Source: Spirochaetota bacterium (GTDB lineage: Bacteria; Spirochaetota; UBA4802; JAFGDQ01). Taken from it: a stretch of DNA of 64,000 nt. Within the stretch, counting starts at the first letter, position 1, and each line of letters opens with the position of its first letter. The translations under genes and the position numbers were made by a program. The notes below the pieces were generated by a model. It made no database searches and was not told the origin of the DNA. It saw only the letters and a list, made by a program, of their open reading frames with translations. Where the stretch lies: assembly GCA_043803405.1 (NCBI GenBank), contig JAZDKB010000036.1:76963-140962 (forward strand). Reading direction: 5' to 3'. Below, piece after piece: positions 17,056 to 27,378 of the stretch.

Positions 17056-18711
17056 ATGCTTTTAGGTATTGACGTAGGCGGAACACATACCGATGCGGTT
17101 CTTGTCGACAGCTCCGGCATTGTGTCATCCTTTAAGACAAAGACAGAGCACGATAATCTTCTCAGATCAATTACCACTGCGCTTGAAAAAGTATCAGCCG
17201 GTATCGACAGAAAAAAGATAACCAACATAAATCTCAGTACTACCCTGTCCACCAATGCGATAGTTGAACAGAAGCTCGAAAAGACTGGAGTATTCATATC
17301 CTCGGGACCTGGACTAAATCCTGAAAATATAATCATGGGGGATTTTACCTTTATAATACCAGGCTCTATTGATCACCGCGGAAGAGTTGTTCAGGAACTG
17401 GACAATGAAAAGCTACAGAAAGGATATGAAGCATGCCGCAAGCAGGATGTAAAAGTGTTTGCATCAGTGACGAAATTTTCAACGCGAAATGATTCACAGG
17501 AAAAAGAAATATCCGGGATGATTAAACCCGTATCGGACTTTACAACAGAAGGGCACAGTCTTTCAAGCCAGCTAAGCTTTCCAAGAAGAGTAGCGACTGC
17601 ATATTACAACTCAGCAGTCTGGAGGATATACAATAATTTTGCAGACGCGATACTGAAGAGTGTGAAAAATCTGGGGATTGATGCCCCGGTCAACATCCTC
17701 AAGGCTGACGGGGGGACCCTTCCGGTATCCATGTCCAGGGAATTCCCCGTTGAATCCATTCTGTCAGGTCCGGCAGCGAGCATAATGGGAATAATAGCGC
17801 TTTGCAATATTACGGAAGATTCGGTCATCCTCGACATCGGCGGAACAACAACCGATATCGCCGTATTTGTCTTCGGCGCCCCGCTTATAGAGAGAGACGG
17901 GATCAGCCTCGGCGGATACCCCACGCTGATAAGATCGCTTAAAAACAGATCCATCGGGATAGGCGGCGACTCTGCCATTACTGTGAAGGACGGAAAAGTC
18001 TGCGTAGGACCACACAGGTATGGGCCATGCATGGCTGACGGCGGCAAAAGGCCTTCTTTAATCGATGCCATGAATGTCCGTGGAATTACAGAATATGGAG
18101 ACAGCAAAAAATCCAGTGAAGGAATAAATAAACTCTCGGAAACCGCAGGACTTCCGGTAAAAAAGCTGGCGGAAGAAGCCGTAAATTATGCTGTTCAAAG
18201 AATCAAAGATGAAATACGGAGCATGCTCGACGAGATCAACCAGAAACCTGTGTATACGATTCACGAAATGATAGAAGGGATAACCGTGAAGCCGAGCAGG
18301 ACATATATCATCGGAGGGCCGGCGATGGCTCTTGCAAAGCTTCTCAATCACGGTACAGAGGTCACAGTGCCGGAAAATTACGAAGTTGCAAATGCCGTCG
18401 GCGCGGCTCTCGCGCGGCCGACATTTGAAGCAGAGCTTTTTGCGGATACAGGATCCGGAAAAATGATAATACCCAACATCGGTATTGAAAAAAATGTGGA
18501 CATAAAATACAGCACAAAGGATGCGAAGGAAGACGCAATACGCTATCTTATAGAATACCTGAAAAAGAAAGGACTCCGTACAGAAAGCAAAGACATCGAT
18601 ATAATAGAATCATCATGTTTCAGGATGATCAGTGATTTTCATTCTTCGGGCAATGACATCAGAATAAAATGCCAGATAAAGCCCGAAGTCGCTATGAAGT
18701 TACATGCATAA
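17056..18711 (+). CDS. Hydantoinase/oxoprolinase A-subunit family protein
   Basis: GIDVGGTHTDA, SILSGPAAS, DIGGTTTD and ANAVGAA. Confidence 0.9.
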   Translation: MLLGIDVGGTHTDAVLVDSSGIVSSFKTKTEHDNLLRSITTALEKVSAGIDRKKITNINLSTTLSTNAIVEQKLEKTGVFISSGPGLNPENIIMGDFTFIIPGSIDHRGRVVQELDNEKLQKGYEACRKQDVKVFASVTKFSTRNDSQEKEISGMIKPVSDFTTEGHSLSSQLSFPRRVATAYYNSAVWRIYNNFADAILKSVKNLGIDAPVNILKADGGTLPVSMSREFPVESILSGPAASIMGIIALCNITEDSVILDIGGTTTDIAVFVFGAPLIERDGISLGGYPTLIRSLKNRSIGIGGDSAITVKDGKVCVGPHRYGPCMADGGKRPSLIDAMNVRGITEYGDSKKSSEGINKLSETAGLPVKKLAEEAVNYAVQRIKDEIRSMLDEINQKPVYTIHEMIEGITVKPSRTYIIGGPAMALAKLLNHGTEVTVPENYEVANAVGAALARPTFEAELFADTGSGKMIIPNIGIEKNVDIKYSTKDAKEDAIRYLIEYLKKKGLRTESKDIDIIESSCFRMISDFHSSGNDIRIKCQIKPEVAMKLHA

Positions 18712-18726
18712 GCAGAGGTAGCAGAA

Positions 18727-20043
18727 ATGATAAAAGCAAAAAACCGGCTCGGACTTATTTTCTTCCCTGCCTATGACTGGGCGATATCACCCACACATCC
18801 CGAAAGAGAAGAAAGACTGCTCTACACGCAGGACCAGCTGAGGGAAGAGGGTATTTTCGATATAGAAGGGATAGTGGAGCTGAAGCCTGACATAGCAAAT
18901 GAAGAAGACGTGATGAGAAGCCATTTCTGCTTTCCGGATGTCAGGAAGGTTACAACAGAATCCCATATGATTTCCGCAGGTGGAGCGATCCGTGCAGCCA
19001 GGGCAGTCCTTAGCGGAGAAGTAGACAAAGCATTTGCGCTTGTAAGGCCTCCGGGACATCACTCAATGAGATGCGTACACGGGAACAGGGGATTCTGCAA
19101 CATAAATAACGAAGCCATTATGCTGGAATACATAAGGGAAAATTCAAATATAAGACGAATTGCAATAGTTGATACAGACTGCCACCACGGAGACGGGACG
19201 CAGGATATTTTCTGGCACGATCCGGATGTTCTTTTTATATCCATTCATCAGGATGGCCGCACTCTGTATCCGGGTTCAGGACATGTTATTGAGCTGGGCG
19301 GGCCGGCAGCGAGGGGCCGTACCATCAACATTCCGCTCCCGCCCTCAACCGGGGAGGAAGGATTTCTTTACACAATCGACAACATGGTTATGCCCATTCT
19401 CAAAGATTTTAAGCCGGAAATTATAATAAACTCAGCCGGGCAGGATAATCACTATACTGATCCCATTACGAACATGAACTTCACTGCGCAGGGCTACGCG
19501 ATACTGAATGACAGGCTCAGTCCTGACATAGCAGTTCTCGAAGGCGGCTACTCAATACAGGGTGCACTGCCCTATGTCAATCTTGGAATTGTACTTGCCA
19601 TGGCAGGGATCGATTATTCCCATGTGACGGAACCTGATTATAATCCCGAATTATTGATACAGGAAAAAGCCGTAACCTCATATATAGCAGACCTGAAAGA
19701 CGTAGTCCTGAACAATTATTTTAAGCCCGAACCGTCCCGCGAGCATCCGGGCATTGGAAATTTTGCTATTAGACAAAAAAACATCTTCTATGATACTGAC
19801 GGCATCAGGGAACAGCAGAGAGAGCATGTTATGATGTGCGACAAATGCAGGGGGCTTATGTATATTGAATCAGCTTCGTCAGTGAATCCGCTTTGCATGG
19901 GCATTGAAGTACCTGTTGATGCGTGTAAAAACTGCCAGGCTGAAGGGGAAAAGATTTATAAAAAATCAGTAGAATCAAAAAAGTATCTTACGGTTCAGCT
20001 TACAGACAGGGTAAATAAAAAATACATAAGAAGCAGCCGGTAA
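18727..20043 (+). CDS. Histone deacetylase-family amidohydrolase with C-terminal Cys pairs
   Basis: HPE, RPPGHH, GFC, DTDCHHGDGTQ, SAGQD and LEGGY; C-terminal CDKC and CKNC. Confidence 0.9.
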   Translation: MIKAKNRLGLIFFPAYDWAISPTHPEREERLLYTQDQLREEGIFDIEGIVELKPDIANEEDVMRSHFCFPDVRKVTTESHMISAGGAIRAARAVLSGEVDKAFALVRPPGHHSMRCVHGNRGFCNINNEAIMLEYIRENSNIRRIAIVDTDCHHGDGTQDIFWHDPDVLFISIHQDGRTLYPGSGHVIELGGPAARGRTINIPLPPSTGEEGFLYTIDNMVMPILKDFKPEIIINSAGQDNHYTDPITNMNFTAQGYAILNDRLSPDIAVLEGGYSIQGALPYVNLGIVLAMAGIDYSHVTEPDYNPELLIQEKAVTSYIADLKDVVLNNYFKPEPSREHPGIGNFAIRQKNIFYDTDGIREQQREHVMMCDKCRGLMYIESASSVNPLCMGIEVPVDACKNCQAEGEKIYKKSVESKKYLTVQLTDRVNKKYIRSSR

Positions 20044-20149
20044 AGATGGTTCATCAGTTATTGTAAACTATTTTTAATCAATCTCACAAGTCTATTATAA
20101 AAAATCGCAATGCTGCTCACGATTGCTATTGGAAGACTATAAAAACAAC

Positions 20150-20950
20150 ATGGTGATCGCCATAGATAAAAAACACGTTCTTTACGAAATCAAGGACAAT
20201 ATCGCCTTTATTACACTCAACAGGCCTGAAGTAAAAAACGCATTCAGCCCCGAGATGATACATCTCTGGCGTGAATGCCTTGAAGCGGCAAAACTTGATA
20301 ATGAGGTAAGGGTCATCATTGTTACAGGAAAAGGAGACACATTCAGCTCAGGCGGTGACATAAAAGATATGGCAGATGGCAAGCTCAGGTCATGGGACAT
20401 GAAGCGTTTTGTCTGGGACGGAGTCCACCGGATAATCCTGGCCATGGAAGACCTCGATAAACCCGTCATTGCCGCTATTAACGGCGCAGCAATGGGAGCC
20501 GGTCTTGATATGGCGCTTATGTGTGATCTCCGGATCATGTCGGAAAAAGCTAAGATTGCAGAATCATATATTAACCTGGGACTGGTCCCGGGCGATGGCG
20601 GTTCCTACTTTCTTCCGAAACTCATCAACGTATCCAAGGCGCTGGAGCTTCTGCTTACCGGCGATGTGCTCAATGCCAGGGAAGCACTGGAACTCGGGAT
20701 TGTCAATAAAGTCGTGCCTCATGAGCAGCTTATGGAAGAAACTGTAAGGTTTGCAACTAAGATTGCAGGCAAGCCTCCCCTAGCCGTACGTATGATGAAG
20801 AGAGCTGTATATCAGTCACAGACGTCCGGTTTAAGGGCACATCTCGATTATATCTCTTCCCAGTTGTGTCTCCTTGCAGAGACTGAAGATCATATCGAGG
20901 CAGTGAATGCGTTCCTTGAAAAGCGTAAACCGGTTTTCACAGGAAAATAG
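20150..20950 (+). CDS. Enoyl-CoA hydratase/isomerase family protein
   Basis: LNRP..KNA, SSGGDI, KPVIAAINGAAMGAG and AFLEKRKPVF. Confidence 0.9.
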   Translation: MVIAIDKKHVLYEIKDNIAFITLNRPEVKNAFSPEMIHLWRECLEAAKLDNEVRVIIVTGKGDTFSSGGDIKDMADGKLRSWDMKRFVWDGVHRIILAMEDLDKPVIAAINGAAMGAGLDMALMCDLRIMSEKAKIAESYINLGLVPGDGGSYFLPKLINVSKALELLLTGDVLNAREALELGIVNKVVPHEQLMEETVRFATKIAGKPPLAVRMMKRAVYQSQTSGLRAHLDYISSQLCLLAETEDHIEAVNAFLEKRKPVFTGK

Positions 20951-20962
20951 CTAGGATGGGTT

Positions 20963-22795
20963 CTAGTTTTTAAATATAAGCATCATACAATTTTTGCAGT
21001 CAAACTCAATCCTGTATTTAACATTATTATCAATCAGATAAAATGGTTCTATATATTTACTTTTATTCCCTGGATTTTTCTGGCAGAGATTGTTTTCATG
21101 TTTAAGGCATAGCCTTGTTGTCATTAGCGGACCATCTATTCGGAATGGTGATATTTCAAAAGCTTTTTCAATTTCTTCTGCACAATGTCTTTTGTAGAAT
21201 TCTTCTGCAAGATGATTGCTTACATTATACCTGAAATCAATTTTTTTATTTGGATATATGGTTTGCGTTTTTTTTATTTCTGAATGTTTTACTTTATAAT
21301 TTGCTTTTCTCGTTTCAAGAAGTTTCCAGACTGCATTTCTTCTGAGTTCATTCAATATGCTTACAGGGAGAAAATAATTTTCAGAGAACATTATTTTAAT
21401 ATCTGATGCGGCAAATATAGTTCCGCCAAGTTTTGAAAGCTGTTTCTTTATCTGTTCATAGTCAGCTTTATCGGAACGGGAGATATCTTTGGATGAACTG
21501 ATTTCTGATGAAGAAAAGTAACCGTCTTCATCCGTTAAGGTAAGCTTAAATCCGTTATCCGTTTCTGCCAGTATCAAGGCCACATCGATCTTACGTTCGG
21601 TTTTAGATAGCGATAATGTTTTTTCAAATGCTGCATCATTGTTGCGGTAAACTATTGCATCCTTATAAATCCCGTTCATTGAAAGAGGATAAATCTTATC
21701 TGCGTCTGCTCTGTTGACTTTTACTCCTGTAAGATTCATATTATTATCAAAGAACGCGAGGCCGTCGCCGTTGTTTATTTTTTCACTGCTTTCTATCCGG
21801 AACCAGTTGCTGCCGGTTTCAGAAACCCTTCCCATCAACTTGCCAAGCGATTTGGGCGTATCATAAGAACGTATTGACTCCGAGCTGTGTAATGATTTAT
21901 TTTTCAGAAAATAATCCGTGTAGCCCCGGTTAAAAGTTCTGAACGGATCCGGGGTAAAGTCAAAATAAACTTTTCCGGAGGAAGCTTTTGTGCAATCGGT
22001 TTTTCCTTCAAGTATATTATCTATAGCAATCCGGTAATGGGCTGTTATATTTTTCACATAGTTAATATCTTTAAGCCTGCCTTCTATTTTTAACGAATCC
22101 GCGCCTGCGTCAATTATATCTTGTAAATTTGCAGTCTGGTTCAAATCTTTGAGCGACAGCGGGTATTTATGCCCGGAAACAATTTCTCCTGCTGCGTCTC
22201 TCAAAATATAGCTTTTTCTGCAAGGCTGCGCGCATTCTCCGCGGTTTGCGCTTCGCCCTCCCATTGATGCGCTCATATAGCATCTGCCGCTTAAGCTTAC
22301 ACAAAGCGCTCCATGTATAAAAACCTCAAGCTCGCAGGATGTGCTGCCGCGTATCTCTTTTATCTGCTGAATAGAAAGCTCGCGCGCAAGCACAATGCGT
22401 GAGAAGCCGGTCTTATCGAGAAACTTTATTCTTTCAATGTCGAAGTTATCTGCCTGGGTACTTGCGTGGATGGGAACCGGTGGGATGGACATCTCCAGTA
22501 TCCCCATGTCCTGTATTATTATAGCATCTATGCCGCGGTTATAAAGATCGGTTATGAGCCTTTCCGCATCTTCAAGTTCATCATTATAAAGAATTGTGTT
22601 TACCGCGGCATAGACTTTTGCATTATACAAATGTGCATGTTTGATAAGTTTCCCAATATCATCAATTGAGTTTGCCGCTGCGGCGCGCGCGCTGAATTTC
22701 TGCGCGCCTATGTATACAGCATCTGCGCCAAAGTTTATAGCGGCAATCCCGGTCTCAAGATTTTTGGCAGGAGCCAGCAGTTCTATCTTTCGCAT
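20963..22795 (-). CDS. Peptidase U32 family protein with C-terminal extension (RlhA-like RNA hydroxylase)
   Basis: ELLAPA, HASTQ, HGALCVSLSGRC, SANRGECAQPCR and KIEGR. Confidence 0.88.
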   Translation of the reverse strand: MRKIELLAPAKNLETGIAAINFGADAVYIGAQKFSARAAAANSIDDIGKLIKHAHLYNAKVYAAVNTILYNDELEDAERLITDLYNRGIDAIIIQDMGILEMSIPPVPIHASTQADNFDIERIKFLDKTGFSRIVLARELSIQQIKEIRGSTSCELEVFIHGALCVSLSGRCYMSASMGGRSANRGECAQPCRKSYILRDAAGEIVSGHKYPLSLKDLNQTANLQDIIDAGADSLKIEGRLKDINYVKNITAHYRIAIDNILEGKTDCTKASSGKVYFDFTPDPFRTFNRGYTDYFLKNKSLHSSESIRSYDTPKSLGKLMGRVSETGSNWFRIESSEKINNGDGLAFFDNNMNLTGVKVNRADADKIYPLSMNGIYKDAIVYRNNDAAFEKTLSLSKTERKIDVALILAETDNGFKLTLTDEDGYFSSSEISSSKDISRSDKADYEQIKKQLSKLGGTIFAASDIKIMFSENYFLPVSILNELRRNAVWKLLETRKANYKVKHSEIKKTQTIYPNKKIDFRYNVSNHLAEEFYKRHCAEEIEKAFEISPFRIDGPLMTTRLCLKHENNLCQKNPGNKSKYIEPFYLIDNNVKYRIEFDCKNCMMLIFKN

Positions 22796-22806
22796 AATAA
22801 TAGTTA

Positions 22807-22887
22807 TCTGAACCGTAATTTACATGATTTAAGGATTAACCTGAAAAAATCATGGAAATCCTTTAATCCCGTAAATCCTGGTTCAGA
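22807..22887. repeat. REP-like long palindrome
   Basis: tctgaaccgtaatttacatgatttaaggatt vs aatcctttaatcccgtaaatcctggttcaga, 25/31 complementary. Confidence 0.7.
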
Positions 22888-23490
22888 CTAATTTTCTCCG
22901 AATATCTTTGCATAAACTTCTTTCTTCGTTAGTTCGCGGACCTCACCGGATCTCATATTGCCAAGCTTAACGCCCTCAATAGCAGTTCTTACAAGACGCA
23001 GAGTAGGGAACCCGACTGCTGCTGTCATTTTTCTTACCTGTCTGTTTTTCCCTTCATTCAGCGTCAGCTCCAACCACGATGTTGGAATAGATTTTCTATA
23101 GCGAATAGGAGGCACGCGATCTGGCAGTTCAGGTTCTTCTTTTATTTCAGCTGCTTTTGCGGGAATTGTATGATATGGCTTTCCATTAATTGTTATTGTA
23201 ACTCCTTTACATAGCTTACCCAGCGCTTCAGGAGTTACTGTACCATCTACCTGAACCAGGTAAGTCCTTGAATGCCCAAATTTTGGATTGAGCAGCCGGT
23301 GATTCAGCTCTGTATCATTTGTAAGAATCAAAAGTCCTTCGCTATCGGCATCAAGACGCCCTACAGGATATACATCTTTCTCAAAAGACGCTAATTGACC
23401 CAGGGTAGCCTTGCTCCCTTTGGCGCTGAACTGGCTTAACATATTAAAAGGCTTGTATATAATATAATACTTCATTGTAATTATACGCAT
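22888..23490 (-). CDS. rluE: rRNA pseudouridine synthase, RluE-like
   Basis: VGRLDADSEG, PPIRYRKSIPTSW and EGKNRQVRKMTAAVGFPTLRL; no S4 domain. Confidence 0.85.
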   Translation of the reverse strand: MRIITMKYYIIYKPFNMLSQFSAKGSKATLGQLASFEKDVYPVGRLDADSEGLLILTNDTELNHRLLNPKFGHSRTYLVQVDGTVTPEALGKLCKGVTITINGKPYHTIPAKAAEIKEEPELPDRVPPIRYRKSIPTSWLELTLNEGKNRQVRKMTAAVGFPTLRLVRTAIEGVKLGNMRSGEVRELTKKEVYAKIFGEN

Positions 23491-23551
23491 TCGGAATGAT
23501 TTTTAATTATCCTGTGAACTTTATAATTGCTGTGGATCTTATTTTTAAGTT

Positions 23552-23905
23552 TTATTTTATTTTTAATTCTTCCTGGATTTTTTTTGATAAACCTTTTACT
23601 ACTAAATTATATGAATCTTTAATCCATTCCTTCAGTTGTTTATCCGGTATTTTGCCGTCCATTTTAATACTGTTCCAGTGATTTTTGTTTAAATAATATC
23701 CTGGAATTACAGAATCAAACATTTGACGGATGATCTGTGCATCATCCGGATCACACTTTACGCTAATAAGTTCAAATGTATTACAATTAGTAAGAGTAAA
23801 CATTTTACCTTTGACTTTATATACTAATGTTGTTTCATCAAATGGATACTCTTCAGTTACACCTTTAAATGAACTGCAATATTTTTTAAATTGCTTCAGA
23901 TTCAT
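23552..23905 (-). CDS. MmcQ/YjbR family DNA-binding protein
   Basis: 'EEYPFD...VKGKMF...KCDP...PGYYLNKNHWNS...SYNLV'; probable start MNLKQF at 23905. Confidence 0.9.
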   Translation of the reverse strand: MNLKQFKKYCSSFKGVTEEYPFDETTLVYKVKGKMFTLTNCNTFELISVKCDPDDAQIIRQMFDSVIPGYYLNKNHWNSIKMDGKIPDKQLKEWIKDSYNLVVKGLSKKIQEELKIK

Positions 23906-23999
23906 CTTTATGCATTTCTCCCGGTTTTGTATTGCTCCTCCGTTATTTCCTCCCATATAGCACAATGCATCGTTAAAGAGCCTGTTGCTGTGCTGGACA

Positions 24000-24461
24000 T
24001 CACATATGGTGCCTGGAAATGTATATTATACCACCGCTGATTGCCATTGTGATTAATCCAATGACATAGAGAATGATTACCGGAAACCAGAGCTGGCTGA
24101 CCGAGTTGATCTCCGCATTTTTTGGATCGACCGGGTCGTATAGAACTGTAACCTGCTGGCCTATTGCGTAATCGTCGGAATTTCCTCCTATCTGCGAACG
24201 AAATTTTATCGATTTACCGTCAGTAGTTTTAAAACTTACGATTGGTGCATAGGTTGTGAATGTCTTACCGCGGTGTATATGGAAATCAACTACTGTTCCT
24301 GTAGCTGGAATGGAGTTTTTTATAAAAATAATATTTTTAACCAGTAAAACCGACGCAAAAATAATGCATCCGCACCCTATGAGGAAGAATATCCATAGCC
24401 ACAGAGAAGAAGAATCATCTTTTTGGGATTTCATCAGACTATTACCATCGATTTCGGGCAT
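24000..24461 (-). CDS. DUF3592-like membrane protein
   Basis: TM, then 'ATGTVV...YAPIVSF.T.DG...GQQVTVLYDP.DP..A', then TM. Confidence 0.8.
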   Translation of the reverse strand: MPEIDGNSLMKSQKDDSSSLWLWIFFLIGCGCIIFASVLLVKNIIFIKNSIPATGTVVDFHIHRGKTFTTYAPIVSFKTTDGKSIKFRSQIGGNSDDYAIGQQVTVLYDPVDPKNAEINSVSQLWFPVIILYVIGLITMAISGGIIYISRHHM

Positions 24462-24697
24462 TGAAATATCCTGAAAAATGATCTTAATGGATTAGCTGGT
24501 TTAATATGATCAGAGAAATAAAATGGGTCAAGTAGAATATACGGGACTTCGTTTAATTTGAATCACGTTTCGGTTTGTGTGTTTTTTTACTTTTGAGTTT
24601 TACTAAATTTAAGTAAGGTTCGGAACAGAGGATTTGCTAGACAAAAAAAAATTTCATGATAACAATGGCATTGGGCTTCAACCCATGTTAAAATTAT

Positions 24698-25780
24698 TTA
24701 TATATTCACTGCAACTCCAACTAAAAATACAACCCCTGAGATTTTACCATCTACTTTATTGCCATTATTTAGTCTCATTTCTTTGCTTCCGGATTTAAAA
24801 TCTGATGCTACTGCATAAGGAATGTAAATCGATGAATAAAATGTAAAATTATGAAGATCAAATCCGAAACCTATGATGCCATGATAACCTAAGCTTTCAC
24901 TTCTATAATTTTCGTTAAATAAATTACTATATGGGCCTGAAGATTTACTATCTACTTTAGTATAGGTAATTGAGTTATCATATTTCATATGATATTTATT
25001 AAGCCCAGCACCTAACAATAAATATGGTTTAAATAGTACCTCGGTTGTAATATTTTTTTTATAATAAATTGAAATACCATAATAATAAGTTATAAAATCT
25101 GTTGTTAAAGATAGATCTGCATAATCTGGTTGTCCCCCAATAGTACTGGTTTTCCACATCTTTGTATAACCCAAATTTAGACCAATTCCAACTGTATTGT
25201 ATATAAATACTCTAGCTTCCATAGCTATATTCATTAATAAAAAATCATCATATGATGAACCAGAGGAATCAGCATAACAATTACTAAATTTAACATCTGT
25301 ATTTCGTAAATAATTAACATATCTTTGAGTTTGTTCTTTATTCCATTTTGTTAAATCGGGATTACTATTATAACCAAGTCCGAAAATAGGTAAAATAAAG
25401 TAAAATTTGTATTTTCTTTCTTCTTGGATATTTACATCATTTCTGTCTTTTGAAAAATTATTATTTTGTTCTATATTATCTTCAGAGATTTGAACTTCCT
25501 CTCCGGATGAATACATAATTTTTTTTACATCATCGCGTAAAATAATTCTATTATCACCTGATACTGTAAGATAGATTATTGAGTCTATTGTAACTTTAAC
25601 TATTTTCCCTTTGATAATATTTCCATCTTTTAAAAATATTGTATCATTTGCATGGATTCTCACTATATTTGCATCTTCAGATATGTTTCGATTTTCTTGA
25701 GGGTAAGCAGCTTTAAAAATAAAAAAAATAATAAAAATTATAAAAAGTATACTTCGTATTTTCATTATAAATTTCTCCAT
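24698..25780 (-). CDS. Hypothetical exported protein, probable outer-membrane beta-barrel C-terminus
   Basis: Signal peptide; 'DTIFLKDGNIIKGKIV' N-domain; alternating aromatic/Gly strands; very AT-rich. Confidence 0.6.
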   Translation of the reverse strand: MEKFIMKIRSILFIIFIIFFIFKAAYPQENRNISEDANIVRIHANDTIFLKDGNIIKGKIVKVTIDSIIYLTVSGDNRIILRDDVKKIMYSSGEEVQISEDNIEQNNNFSKDRNDVNIQEERKYKFYFILPIFGLGYNSNPDLTKWNKEQTQRYVNYLRNTDVKFSNCYADSSGSSYDDFLLMNIAMEARVFIYNTVGIGLNLGYTKMWKTSTIGGQPDYADLSLTTDFITYYYGISIYYKKNITTEVLFKPYLLLGAGLNKYHMKYDNSITYTKVDSKSSGPYSNLFNENYRSESLGYHGIIGFGFDLHNFTFYSSIYIPYAVASDFKSGSKEMRLNNGNKVDGKISGVVFLVGVAVNI

Positions 25781-26179
25781 TTAGAAATAGTTAATAATAG
25801 TTAACAAAGGATTATTAAACTTGTCTTCCCAAATGAGGAGATGTCTGGAAATAGGAATTTAAAGGACTCATTTTTCCGTATAAATGAAGTAAATCATAAG
25901 CTATTGTGGAGTCTATAGTGGTTCATATCATGCAATCACCCCGATAGGTAACAAATTACATACGGGATATCCATTTTATTTCCTGCTAAATTATGCAGCA
26001 CTCCTGCTAATCTATATTTAAAATTTTGAAATATACTGCCCGATTTTATCGATTTTTTAAATAACCGGGTGTGTTTTTTTTAAAAGCAGCGGAAAATCTA
26101 TTTGACTTTTTAAAACCTACCGAGCGATAGTTCTATTAATTAAGTAATTATAATTATAACAATACAATAGTTAAGGAGG

Positions 26180-27277
26180 ATGATAATGAAGGAAATCAAG
26201 ACAGTGGGAGTCGTCGGTTTTGGCGTAATGGGAGCCGCGATCGGACTCAATGCCGCTATGAGCGGATATAAGGTCGTCTTCAAGGAACTCAATGATGATC
26301 TGGTTAAGGCCATGTATGACAAATTCGTAGCCAAGGCAATGGCCAAAAGAGTAGAGCAGGGAAAGATGAGCAAGGAAGAGGCGGATAAAATCTGCGGGAT
26401 GATCAAAGGAACAAAGGAATTCAAGGATCTGGCAGTTTGCGATCTTATAATAGAAGCAGTTGTGGAAAATATTAATCTCAAGGTTCAGTGTTTCGAAGAA
26501 ATTTCCAAAGTGGTTCCCAAGGATACCATTATTGTAAGCAACACTTCGACCTTCCCGATTGCCACTCTTATGGCAAAGGTTGATAATCCGGCTCGGACCG
26601 CAGGTCTTCATTATTTCTTCCCTGCAAATGTTAACCGCCTGGTTGAAGTAATACGCCAGAAAGCAACGAGCGATGACACATATCAGGCACTCATGGCTTT
26701 TGGAAAGGGAAATAAAAAAGTGCCTATCACGGTCAGCGATTTCCCCGGCTTTGCAGTCAATCCTGTTTTTATTGCTGCCTACATGGTTCTCGATTTGTTC
26801 GCAGGCGGCAAGTACAATATTGCAACCCTTGAGAGCATATCACAGGAATTCCTTGGGCTTAAATTCGGGATTATGTGGGTTCAGAAGGGAGCTGGACTTG
26901 GCACATGCTATCACGCCGCAGTTTCAATGCTCGATTATCTAGGTAAAACCGATATAGGTTACCCGCCGGTTCCGGCATTTTTAAAGAAAAGCTTTGATGA
27001 AAAAGCGGATTGGAATCTGGCCGATGGCCCGGTTCTGGAAGATAAAGCAGCACGTAGTGCCGTAGGTGAAGTTTTACTGGGCTCCATTTTCTGCATTTCC
27101 AAGCACCTCATCGCAAAGAAGGTTGTGTCCATTGAGGACCTGGATCTGGGGATTCGCACATCTCTTGCATGGCCGAAAGGACCGTTCGCAATGATGAATG
27201 ACATGGGAGCGGAAAAAACCAAACAACTGATGCAAAAGGCTGTGGATGCCGGCTACTTTAAGATGCCTCCTATGTAA
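26180..27277 (+). CDS. 3-hydroxyacyl-CoA dehydrogenase family protein (extended, second C-terminal domain)
   Basis: GFGVMG, IIEAVVEN, SNTST, GLHYFFP, PGFAVN and a second 'DLDLG...WPKGPF' motif. Confidence 0.88.
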   Translation: MIMKEIKTVGVVGFGVMGAAIGLNAAMSGYKVVFKELNDDLVKAMYDKFVAKAMAKRVEQGKMSKEEADKICGMIKGTKEFKDLAVCDLIIEAVVENINLKVQCFEEISKVVPKDTIIVSNTSTFPIATLMAKVDNPARTAGLHYFFPANVNRLVEVIRQKATSDDTYQALMAFGKGNKKVPITVSDFPGFAVNPVFIAAYMVLDLFAGGKYNIATLESISQEFLGLKFGIMWVQKGAGLGTCYHAAVSMLDYLGKTDIGYPPVPAFLKKSFDEKADWNLADGPVLEDKAARSAVGEVLLGSIFCISKHLIAKKVVSIEDLDLGIRTSLAWPKGPFAMMNDMGAEKTKQLMQKAVDAGYFKMPPM

Positions 27278-27318
27278 TTAATATATTTAAACTGAAGAGC
27301 TAACTGATCTATAAAAAT

Positions 27319-27352
27319 AAAAAAGGCGAGTCTTTAATGACCCGCCTTTTTT
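27319..27352. terminator. Bidirectional rho-independent terminator
   Basis: aaaaaaggcgagtc-tttaat-gacccgcctttttt between convergent genes. Confidence 0.8.
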
Positions 27353-27378
27353 GCGTTTAGTCATAATAATTCATTTTT

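Noticed and set aside
25936..26010. CACCCCGAT partial match to the LuxR box, and a tcctgctaa direct repeat at 21-bp spacing
   Set aside because: Only a short partial match, in the opposite orientation relative to the nearest minus-strand gene, with no second example; sigma54 GG/GC spacing is not satisfied
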